64,000 bases of DNA from Minisyncoccota bacterium (GTDB lineage Bacteria > Patescibacteriota > Minisyncoccia > Phycocordibacterales > UBA1006): NCBI GenBank assembly GCA_021209525.1, contig JAJOIF010000009.1:22285-86284 (forward strand). Reading direction: 5' to 3'. Under the pieces are notes generated by a model. It was given only the letters and a program-made list of their open reading frames with translations, did no database searches and was not told where the DNA came from. The position numbers and the translations under genes are program-made. Below are positions 36,721 to 45,566 of this stretch, one piece after another. Within the stretch, counting starts at the first letter, position 1, and every line of letters begins with the position of its first letter.

Positions 36721-37257
36721 CTATGCAGCAACCTTTGATTGCTGTTCTGTAATTATTTGCTCAAGAGCACATGCTTCATGATAAAAACCATCGATTCGCG
36801 CTTCACGCAAAAATCTTTGAAGAACACCTGAATGCGCATGTCCAAATCCTGTCACAATAATTGCTCGTGTGAGGGAGCGCATATATTTTGAAGGAATTGT
36901 TTTTTTAATATTTTGTAGATGCGCCACCTGGGGCATTTCTCTGCAAAGCTCTTCTCTTTCTTTCATGCGCTCTGGATATTTTTGAGCATCATAAATAGAG
37001 AAATCAGGCAATGATACCCAATTACACATGTAGACAAAAAGGGTGAATGTAAGCGCTCCGCGAATACGCTCTTCTGACGCAGTGAGCTTTCTCGTATATT
37101 TTTTGTATTCCCCCAGTTCGTCAATAATTTCTGAAGCAGAAATTATATGCATGTATTTTTCTTCTGCGAGCCTTTTTTGTTTTTTTGTAAACTCAATAAA
37201 AGGATCGAGGGTGATGAGTGTACCATCAATCATAAATGATCTTGTTTTTGTATTCAT
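36721..37257 (-). CDS. Hypothetical protein (degenerate HAD-like N-terminus FMIDGTL)
   Basis: The frame is open, but the HAD-like motif lacks the nucleophile Asp. This is a tentative call. Confidence 0.4.
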   Translation of the reverse strand: MNTKTRSFMIDGTLITLDPFIEFTKKQKRLAEEKYMHIISASEIIDELGEYKKYTRKLTASEERIRGALTFTLFVYMCNWVSLPDFSIYDAQKYPERMKEREELCREMPQVAHLQNIKKTIPSKYMRSLTRAIIVTGFGHAHSGVLQRFLREARIDGFYHEACALEQIITEQQSKVAA

Positions 37258-37882
37258 AATAGTAAGGTTTTATTTACATCCAACATTACGCTTTTTATTA
37301 AAAAAGTCAAGAGTCTCGGCACACAGCATATTTTCACGCCCGCTGTATTTCTTGTATCTATAACACTCATGTTTTTGTGTCGCCAATATACGCAGAAGCG
37401 TATTTTATACTCATTGTTTTTTCTTATAGAAATTTTGCCACACAAACCAGCAATGATCATGGCACACCTTGCGCGCGAGCACTGTGTCTCATATATACAT
37501 GTCTTTAATAGCTCACATTACCTGTCTTTTACAAATGTCTTTGTGAAACAAGGTGTCTGTGTAGCACAAGAGCACGCACATGAAGTATGTACAGCGTTTC
37601 ACATACACAATGAAACATGAATGATCTGCACAAGAATACGAGAACAAAAGGAAATAAGAGTACTTACTCTACACACTCACACATGCAACGTATATACAAT
37701 GATGTGTTACACGGCAATACGCACTCTACAAAAAATGAAACGTCATTCATAAATTATGTGTGAAATAATGCACAGGCAGGACAGCAGATCTTGCTCATAT
37801 ATATACAGCATATATATTTCATTAATGACTCTACATGTATGCGAGCAAAAGAATCTCTTACAAATATGTGAAACACGCCGTA

Positions 37883-37984
37883 CCGCAATATCACTTGGTG
37901 TTTCATAAAAAATAAAACGAGCTTCTATAAAAAATATGTATGTGCCTATATGATTTTTGTGAAACACCAAGTGATATTATGCGG
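37883..37984. repeat. Inverted repeat of about 24 bp (arms 37883-37906 and 37959-37984, 22/24 matching) within a non-coding island containing TGTGAAAC/GTTTCACA and GTCTTT motifs
   Basis: CCGCAATATCACTTGGTGTTTCAT pairs with ATGAAACACCAAGTGATATTATGCGG. The arms are about 52 nt apart. Confidence 0.55.
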
Positions 37985-38064
37985 GTCGTATTAATTCTTT
38001 AGGAAAAATAAAAGACCCTCCTGATTAAAAAAATGGGGGTCTTTGTCTGTAAGTCATTTTGTCG

Positions 38065-38526
38065 CTAAGAGTCGAGCGACACCTTGCGCATAGAGCGGAG
38101 CTGCATAAGCGCGGCCTTATCAAGTGTTGCGAGAAATCCGCCAACAGAAACCTTGCTCAGAATTTCAATAATTTGATACTGTGCCTCTGTTTGAAAAATA
38201 GAAAGTAAAAATTTGAGCACCGCTAAATTTTTATTCTCTTTAATTTTTTCATCGAGGGTTTGGGCAAGATTATTTTGCTGCGCAGCCTGTGCGAGTCTTG
38301 TAAATAATTGAGCATTTGCATCTCTTAAGAAGTATTCAAAATCTATACCCTGCCACAGCAGGGCAAGTTCTTTTTTTTCTGGCTCTGAGAGCAGGGATAA
38401 TATTTTTGCATAATACTTTATCTTTTGCTCATCTCTTTGAGATAGCATATGGTCGACAAATTGTGATGAGAATTGTGATAATGCCATAGTGGTATATTTT
38501 ATTTTGAGAGAATATTTACTTACCAC
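38065..38526 (-). CDS. Hypothetical all-alpha protein
   Basis: The frame is open. The true start may be the Met at 38489. Confidence 0.4.
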   Translation of the reverse strand: MVSKYSLKIKYTTMALSQFSSQFVDHMLSQRDEQKIKYYAKILSLLSEPEKKELALLWQGIDFEYFLRDANAQLFTRLAQAAQQNNLAQTLDEKIKENKNLAVLKFLLSIFQTEAQYQIIEILSKVSVGGFLATLDKAALMQLRSMRKVSLDS

Positions 38527-38628
38527 ATTAAACTAATATATGGCATATGTCAATATCGCAATAACTCACTATGCCGAGATTGCCTATGTGTACAATGTAC
38601 GATGATTCTCATCTTTTTATAAATGCGG

Positions 38629-38634
38629 TATACT
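38629..38634 (+). promoter_or_regulatory. TATACT -10 element 7 nt upstream of the ATG at 38642 (leaderless-type start)
   Basis: The sequence reads GGTATACTATGCAGTATGAAC. Confidence 0.35.
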
Positions 38635-38641
38635 ATGCAGT

Positions 38642-39601
38642 ATGAACACACCATCCATTCCACCAGCACCCAAAAAGTCACCTGAATCAAAAACATCAAT
38701 TCGTTCTATGTACCATGATATTGATGCAGTGATGCGCCAAGGTCAAACAGGCACCCTTGCAGGGGCACTCAAAGAATATCATGAAGAAGAACGCGAGAAA
38801 AAAGAAGCGTCTCTGCAATCGCCTAAAAATATTTTTCTCTTGATTCTGAGCACTCTACTCATCGTCGGAGGAGGGGTATTAATTATCTTTGCACTTGGTG
38901 CACAAGTGCGGACACCAGAAAACACCTCCACACCCCTACTTGCTACAAAGGTTCCCGTGAACATACAAACCGGTATTCAAGCAGATGCCACTTCTCGTTT
39001 CGCACTCTACACAAAAATCAACGACGCGATTGCACTCAATACAGGGACACCATCATTGCAATATATTTACTTTGTCACCAATACCACCCAAGGAGGGTCG
39101 CTCGTATCCGCATCTAGTTTTTTTGAAAGACTTGAAATACGCGTACCTGAATCGCTCATGCGCGCATTAGATACTGGTATGATGTATGGAACATTTCGTA
39201 ACCAAGAAACACTGACCCCTTACCTCATCCTTGATGTCACTTCATTTGATCGCGCATTCATCGGCATGCAAGATTGGGAAAACTCTCTCTTGCGAGACCT
39301 CGCTGAATTGTTTATGTATGACACATCGGTACTCACACCAGAAAATATCGAAGGGGTCTTTGAATCACGCACCATACAAAACATACCCACAAGAATTCTG
39401 ACGCGCCAAAGCATTATTCCTAACCAAAACACCTCCGAAGACCGCGCCATCATTCCTCAAGAATTTATCAATATTGATCATCAAAATATTCTCTTGAGCT
39501 ATGCATTTTTGGACGAGTCCACCGTCGTTATTACGACCACTCCAGATCTCATTCATGAAATGAGACGACGCATTCGTGAAAGACAGTTTTTGAATCAATA
39601 A
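38642..39601 (+). CDS. Hypothetical membrane-anchored protein
   Basis: It has one N-terminal TM helix and is followed by a strong terminator. Confidence 0.5.
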   Translation: MNTPSIPPAPKKSPESKTSIRSMYHDIDAVMRQGQTGTLAGALKEYHEEEREKKEASLQSPKNIFLLILSTLLIVGGGVLIIFALGAQVRTPENTSTPLLATKVPVNIQTGIQADATSRFALYTKINDAIALNTGTPSLQYIYFVTNTTQGGSLVSASSFFERLEIRVPESLMRALDTGMMYGTFRNQETLTPYLILDVTSFDRAFIGMQDWENSLLRDLAELFMYDTSVLTPENIEGVFESRTIQNIPTRILTRQSIIPNQNTSEDRAIIPQEFINIDHQNILLSYAFLDESTVVITTTPDLIHEMRRRIRERQFLNQ

Positions 39602-39603
39602 GA

Positions 39604-39633
39604 AAAGCCTCGCAACGCTGCGAGGTTTTTTTG
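39604..39633 (+). terminator. Rho-independent terminator (CCTCGCA-ACGC-TGCGAGG plus T7)
   Basis: A hairpin plus T-run follows the 38642 gene. Confidence 0.65.
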
Positions 39634-39651
39634 ATTTTGAAAAATGATTAA

Positions 39652-40381
39652 GATCTTCCCTTGATAGAATAATCAACAATATCTTGTCTAGATACAGGAG
39701 TACTTGATGACTTCTGATGAGGTTGAGAAAATTTTAAACTCGCCATGCGTGAAAAAATAACCACCCCATTGCCGTTAGGTCCAAATTTATCTAAAAAGTT
39801 TTCATAAATAACATAGCTTGGTAAACCCGTTATTCTTTTTTCAGAAAAACATCGTATTAGCTTGATACGATTATCTTGGCCTTGATATAGCCAATTTGCC
39901 TCTCTGTGTTCAACATAAGACGGGTATTTAAAGGTGATTAAATAAGAAACTATTTGAGCGAGAATGTCCTCTTTTTTAGAAAAAAGATCACTCCTTTGAA
40001 TAATAACCCCTTGATCACAAATAATGTCTTCTTTTAGCTTTGTTGAACAAATTACAATATGTGGTGGCGGTGTTATTGAAAAGGTATTTTCATTCGGAAT
40101 ATTTTTTACAAATAATGCAAATTGACCTTTTTATCTACGTCCAAAGTGACATACCCATTACTGCCACTTACAAAAAAATTACTTTTTCTTATAGTTTTGT
40201 AAGGATGGGTCGCCCCTGAAGATCTATTTTCTATATAATGTACCATGGCTTGCAAATCATCATCAGAAACAGATCCGCTGTGCACCAAAGACAGAAATTT
40301 TTCTAGCATTTCTGCTGAAACAGATTGATGTATATTCATATGTGTAAGTTTTAGATTTACCCGAGCATAACAAAGCGGCAC
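39652..40381 (-). pseudogene. Frameshifted gene: two overlapping minus-strand frames of about 90 aa and about 150 aa that join at a T6/A6 homopolymer (40102-40107)
   Basis: The track ORF 40106..40381 ends in a TAA inside the homopolymer. A second frame is open from 40130 down to 39652 (KNIPNENTFSITPPPHIVICSTKLKEDIICDQ...SIKGRS) and has no upstream Met. A 1-nt shift would fuse the two into a protein of about 245 aa. Confidence 0.4.
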
Positions 40382-40448
40382 ACGTAGTCAAGGAACGATT
40401 TTACACCACCAACACCAAAGCGGCCTACAAAATTTTCTCTTTGCTCAT

Positions 40449-40590
40449 ATAATGTCTTTTATAAAAACTTGCAAAACATTGCTGTATATAATGAATACAT
40501 ACACAATATGCATACGGTTATCCCTAAAAGACACATACTTATCCACAGGTAATTTTGCTAAACGACACTTACTTGCTATAATGTCTTTGA
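40449..40590. repeat. Non-coding island sharing the 17-mer AATGTCTTTTATAAAAA (40451-40467), AAAAGACACAT (40526-40536) and a perfect TTATCCACA box (40539-40547) with the 9697-9912 island
   Basis: The matches are direct sequence identity. Confidence 0.55.
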
Positions 40591-40870
40591 TAGTTCTTTC
40601 CGCTGATCTTTTATAATTGCATATATTTGCACATTCAGCTAGCGCTGTCATTCGTAATTTCTTTCCAAAGAATTTACTTTACATACAAACAATAAAAAAC
40701 AAAAGCAACGCACACACACATAAAAACTTTACCTTTCAGAACTTTCCCTTGAACTCTTTCAAGGAAACCACACAATATATTAAAGCCGCTCTTCCGCAAT
40801 TTTGAGTGGCTTTTCTTTTTCTTGAAAAAAAATGATATACTGACATACGTAGCTATTAATTTATATACAT

Positions 40871-41221
40871 ATGTCATTACCTATAGAAATACTCAAGGAA
40901 AAATTACTCGCAGAAAAAGCACTCTTGGAGCAAGAACTCAACCATATTGGCAAGAAAATGGATACTGAATCATCAGACTGGATTATTGGCACCGAAGGGG
41001 GTGGCGATCATGCAGATATTCAAGAAAATGCAGATGAAGTCATTGATTTTCAACAACGCATTGCATTACTTGAGCCACTGGAACAACAATATCAAGATGT
41101 TCTAGATGCTCTTGATAAAATAGACGCAGGAACCTATGGTATTTGCGAAAAAACAGGTGACGCAATTCCCGAAGAACGCCTCATGGCAAATCCTTCTGCG
41201 CGGACTTGCGCGCACTGCTAA
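40871..41221 (+). CDS. DksA/TraR-family C4 zinc-finger protein
   Basis: The C-terminus reads GTYGICEKTGDAIPEERLMANPSARTCAHC with C-x2-C...C-x2-C spacing. Confidence 0.7.
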   Translation: MSLPIEILKEKLLAEKALLEQELNHIGKKMDTESSDWIIGTEGGGDHADIQENADEVIDFQQRIALLEPLEQQYQDVLDALDKIDAGTYGICEKTGDAIPEERLMANPSARTCAHC

Positions 41222-41353
41222 ACTACTTTAAAAAGCCTTAATTATATACAGAATACTTACCTCGCTTATTATCAGGCGAGGTTTGTTTTTGAAAAAGTGT
41301 TTCATGGTCTCATTTTTATCTTTTCTTGATACGCATTATGCGAAAATGCGCCT

Positions 41354-42859
41354 ATGCAAACATTTTCACGCGTTTATTCTGCTCAACCACATAACCTAGA
41401 GGGTCACATCATATCTGTTGAATTAGATATTTCTCCAGGGATACACAAATTCACTGTCATTGGCCTCGCCGGCAAAGCGGTAGACGAAGCGAGGGAGCGA
41501 GTAGGATCAGCGCTCAAAAATGGGGGCTGGCCATCACCCAAAAACACCAATAATAAAACCGTTATATCGCTTGCGCCTGCAGAAATACCTAAATATGGAT
41601 CATATTTTGATGTTGCTATGGCGCTTGGATACTTGCTCTCAAGAAAAGCGGTGCATTTTGATCCCGAAAGCAAGATATTTTTAGGTGAATTATCATTAAA
41701 TGGGCAAGTATTACCCGTCAAAGGGGTCCTACCTATTACTCAAACCGCGCAAAAGCTCGGTTTTGCTGAAATATATGTACCAGTAGACAATGCAGAAGAA
41801 GCGGCTCTTGTTTCTGATATGACTGTATATCCTATACACACCCTTGATGAACTCATTGCACATATTGACGACAGACCCAAAAAGCAAAAGCGTATCACTC
41901 CACAACCACCAACACCCGTACACAAAGACGAAAGCATCTATAATCAAGGTATTGTAGATATGTCAGAAATCAAAGGTCAAGAATCCGCAAAAAGGGGACT
42001 AGAAATAGCTGCAGCGGGCGGTCATAATATCTCTATGTATGGACCTCCCGGTACCGGCAAGACGACGCTTGCAAAAGCGCTGCGCGGCATTTTACCACCA
42101 CTTGAAATAGCTGATGCTCTCGAGGTGACTGGTATTCACAGTATCGCAGGTACATTACATACGCGCGTGATGACTCATCCACCATTTCGTTCACCCCATC
42201 ATACATCGAGCTATGTATCTATTATAGGAGGAGGCACGAAAATCAAGCCTGGAGAAGTCACTCTCGCTCACAAAGGCGTGCTCTTTATGGATGAATTTCC
42301 AGAATTTGAGCCGCGCGTTCTCGAGAGTTTGCGCCAACCCCTCGAAGACAAGGTGGTACACATTGCACGCGCGAGCGGTTTTGCTCTATTTCCTACGAAT
42401 TTTATACTCGTCGCGGCGCTCAATCCGCCACCCAAAGATGCATCGCCTCTTGAAATACAGCGTCACACCAAGAAAATATCTGGCCCGATTATCGATCGTA
42501 TAGATATTTGGGTGCCTGTAGAGCATATAGAATATGCTGAATTACACAACAAAGCGCCTTCGGGAGAAGAGAGCGCCACTATTAGAAAACGCGTTCTGGC
42601 TGCGCGCCATCGCCAATACCTCAGAAATAATGGCGTGTTGAATGGTATGCTTACCCTCAAAGACATCCATACACTCATCATGACCACTGATGCCCGCACC
42701 ACGCTCGACAAGGGCGCCCACATGCTCGGTTTATCTCCGCGAGGATATCATCGTATTATTAAGTTAAGCCGAACTATTGCTGATTTAGATGGTGCTGACA
42801 TTATTGAAACAGGACACATACTTGAAGCGCTCAATTATCGCCCCAAACATAGTAACTAA
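41354..42859 (+). CDS. comM: Mg-chelatase-like AAA+ ATPase YifB/ComM
   Basis: The N-terminus is Lon-protease-like. The Walker A motif is GPPGTGKTTLAK, and the C-terminal region is the Mg-chelatase family region. Confidence 0.85.
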   Translation: MQTFSRVYSAQPHNLEGHIISVELDISPGIHKFTVIGLAGKAVDEARERVGSALKNGGWPSPKNTNNKTVISLAPAEIPKYGSYFDVAMALGYLLSRKAVHFDPESKIFLGELSLNGQVLPVKGVLPITQTAQKLGFAEIYVPVDNAEEAALVSDMTVYPIHTLDELIAHIDDRPKKQKRITPQPPTPVHKDESIYNQGIVDMSEIKGQESAKRGLEIAAAGGHNISMYGPPGTGKTTLAKALRGILPPLEIADALEVTGIHSIAGTLHTRVMTHPPFRSPHHTSSYVSIIGGGTKIKPGEVTLAHKGVLFMDEFPEFEPRVLESLRQPLEDKVVHIARASGFALFPTNFILVAALNPPPKDASPLEIQRHTKKISGPIIDRIDIWVPVEHIEYAELHNKAPSGEESATIRKRVLAARHRQYLRNNGVLNGMLTLKDIHTLIMTTDARTTLDKGAHMLGLSPRGYHRIIKLSRTIADLDGADIIETGHILEALNYRPKHSN

Positions 42860-42916
42860 GGAATGTATTTTATGATATAGTTAGTGCTGTCTCTTTATTA
42901 TAGTAAGTATTTACAT

Positions 42917-44137
42917 ATGTCATCATATACACCTTCACCAAAAATTTTAGAAAAATATGCACATGTGCTCGTTAATTTTGCTTTGCGCGATGGCAAAGGC
43001 ATCAAAAAAGGCGATGTCGTGCGTATTACATGCTACGAAGAAGCAAAGCCGCTCTACCGCGCACTGCGACTCGCTGTCATCAAAGCAGGCGGTCATGTAC
43101 TCGGCAATTATCTACCAAGCGCAGACGGTACTCTTGAAAAAGATTATTTTCAACACGCATCTGATGAGCAGCTTGATTTCTTTCCCAAGAAATATATGCG
43201 CGGACTCGTTGATGAAATTGATCATCAAATTGTCATCATTAGCGAAACCAACAAGCAGGCCATGAAGGGTGTTGATCCGCAAAAAATCATGCGGACACGG
43301 GCAGCATTCAAGCCGTACATGGATTGGCGTCGCATCAAAGAAAATCAAGGTAAATTCACATGGACGCTCGCACTCTATGGTACCGAAGCCATGGCAGCAG
43401 AAACAGGTATGACATTAAAAGAGTATTGGCAAGAAATTATCAACGGATGTTTCTTGAATACCAAAGATCCTGTACTTAAATGGCGTGAAGTTTTTGCAAG
43501 TCTTGCTCATTATCAAAAGAAACTCAATACCCTTGCAAAGAAAATCGCTTGGTACCACATTGAAGGCCCTGATGCTGATTTGTGGATACAAGCAGGGGAC
43601 AAGCGCGCATGGATGGGTGGATCAGGGCGCAATATTCCGAGCTATGAGCTCTTTACCTCGCCTGATTGGCGTGGCACTCATGGCTGGATTCGTTTTAATC
43701 AGCCACTCTACCAATATGGGGTAATTATTGAAGGAGTAGAATTGCATTTCAAGGACGGCGTCGTCACCAAAGCGACGGCGCGCAAAAATGAAAAAACACT
43801 CCTCTCTATGATTGCTTCAAAAAATGCGGACAAGATTGGTGAATTTTCTATGACCGACAAACGATTTTCTCGTATTACACGCTTTATGGCAGAAACATTA
43901 TATGACGAAAATGTTGGCGGGGAACATGGTAATACACATATCGCCCTTGGATCTGCATATCATGATTGCTATGCAGGCAATCCAGCAAAGGTGAGCAAAA
44001 AAGAATGGGAAAAGTTAGGCTACAATGATTCACCTATTCATACAGATATTGTATCTACCACACCGCGCACCATTACTGCTCATTTCCATAATGGTAAAAC
44101 GCAGGTGATTTATAAAGATGGGATGTATCAAGTGTAA
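42917..44137 (+). CDS. Aminopeptidase, M29 (AmpS/PepS) family
   Basis: The N-terminus LEKYAHVLVNFALRDGKGIKKGDVV...AGG resembles M29 aminopeptidases. This is a moderate-confidence call. Confidence 0.6.
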   Translation: MSSYTPSPKILEKYAHVLVNFALRDGKGIKKGDVVRITCYEEAKPLYRALRLAVIKAGGHVLGNYLPSADGTLEKDYFQHASDEQLDFFPKKYMRGLVDEIDHQIVIISETNKQAMKGVDPQKIMRTRAAFKPYMDWRRIKENQGKFTWTLALYGTEAMAAETGMTLKEYWQEIINGCFLNTKDPVLKWREVFASLAHYQKKLNTLAKKIAWYHIEGPDADLWIQAGDKRAWMGGSGRNIPSYELFTSPDWRGTHGWIRFNQPLYQYGVIIEGVELHFKDGVVTKATARKNEKTLLSMIASKNADKIGEFSMTDKRFSRITRFMAETLYDENVGGEHGNTHIALGSAYHDCYAGNPAKVSKKEWEKLGYNDSPIHTDIVSTTPRTITAHFHNGKTQVIYKDGMYQV

Positions 44138-44221
44138 GAAGAAGAAAATAACTAGATCTTGAATATGTTTTTTGACATATCACCCACCAAAAAATCGCAC
44201 CTCGGTGCGATTTTTTGGTTA

Positions 44222-45496
44222 CTACCAGTTCATTGGTATATCTCCCCAATTTCTAATTTCAAAGTGAAGGTGAGGCCCTGTTGATCGTCCAGTATTTCCA
44301 GACAAACCAATGAGTTGACCTTGCTCTACTTGCTGACCAACAGATACTTTGAGTTGATCGAGGTGAGCATAATAGGTTTGTGCTCCATTAGGGTGTTGCA
44401 AGATGATGAGACCTCCATATCCACCATTCCATGCAGATGGTGATCGTGCAGCAATAACAGTTCCTGCACCTGCCGCCCCAATAGGGGACCCAATAGGCAT
44501 TGCATAGTCTACAGCGCGCCATGGGCCGTGATATCCTTGAGATACTACACCTCCCCATGCTCGTCTAAAGAATGCCCCCGAGTCTTGGGTTGCAGATAGT
44601 GGCGGCTGCGGTGTATTACGAGTCGTTGTTGTCTGAGGAGTGCTTTGACGAGTATTCGCAGCACGTGATGATTGGGCCGGAGCCGGTCGAGACGCTGGAG
44701 GCGGTGTTGGCGCGGCTTCTGCCATAATACCATCTGGAATCAAGATGATTTGACCGGGCTCGAGCACTGCGTCAACTTCAAGCCCGTTAAATACCGCTGT
44801 TTCAGTAATATCTCCTCCGTATTTCTTGGTAAGAGAGGCAAGTGTATCACCTTTTTTGACCGTATGACGCACACTTGTAATAGGCAAGATAGTCAAAATT
44901 TGACCAGGACGAATGGTGCCGCGCGTCCCGAGATCATTGGCCCAGCGAATCGTATTCACAGAAACACCAAATAATTGAGCAATTTGATTCAAAGTATCGC
45001 CATTTTGAACTACATAGAGACTTACTTGATCTGCTCCAGGTGTAAACACTTGATCAGAAAGGGCTCCTGCAGGACTCATGGTTGGCACTAATGCATGATT
45101 ATCAACAGCAACAGTAGATCCTCCTGTTGCTGGACTCATTGCATAAAACTCAGCCGTACCCAAAAGAGCAAGGTTTTGTGAGTTTTGTACATTATATTCG
45201 CGAGCCATAGATGCTGAGCGTGGAGTAAACCCAAATAATGCCAAGGGCATTGCAAACAAAAAGAGCGTAATGGGGGTTACTATATAAACCCATGAACGTT
45301 TTTGTTTACCATATGTCGCGTGGTTCCTATATAAGGAAGGTTCACGGTCTTGTGTTGTTTGAGAAATAAGCCTAAGAAAAAGAAACAAAGAATCAACGAC
45401 CACGATCAACCGATATCTACCAAACAGATTTTGATTCTTTGTAACGTTCTTTATGGTAGCAGAAGCATAGAGAGAGGCAAGGGGGGTAAAAAACAT
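44222..45496 (-). CDS. LysM-domain M23 peptidase (peptidoglycan hydrolase) with an N-terminal TM helix and a Pro/Thr-rich linker
   Basis: The two LysM repeats are YVVQNGDTLNQIAQLFGVSVNTIRWANDL and HTVKKGDTLASLTKKYGG. The M23 signature is HLHFEI with GLSGNTGRSTGPH. The start codon is uncertain. Confidence 0.8.
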   Translation of the reverse strand: MFFTPLASLYASATIKNVTKNQNLFGRYRLIVVVDSLFLFLRLISQTTQDREPSLYRNHATYGKQKRSWVYIVTPITLFLFAMPLALFGFTPRSASMAREYNVQNSQNLALLGTAEFYAMSPATGGSTVAVDNHALVPTMSPAGALSDQVFTPGADQVSLYVVQNGDTLNQIAQLFGVSVNTIRWANDLGTRGTIRPGQILTILPITSVRHTVKKGDTLASLTKKYGGDITETAVFNGLEVDAVLEPGQIILIPDGIMAEAAPTPPPASRPAPAQSSRAANTRQSTPQTTTTRNTPQPPLSATQDSGAFFRRAWGGVVSQGYHGPWRAVDYAMPIGSPIGAAGAGTVIAARSPSAWNGGYGGLIILQHPNGAQTYYAHLDQLKVSVGQQVEQGQLIGLSGNTGRSTGPHLHFEIRNWGDIPMNW

Positions 45497-45566
45497 AACA
45501 ATGTTTTTAAAAATATGTCAATAGTTACCCCCTTTATTTTTCAACACCGCAGAGAAAGTTGACCGT

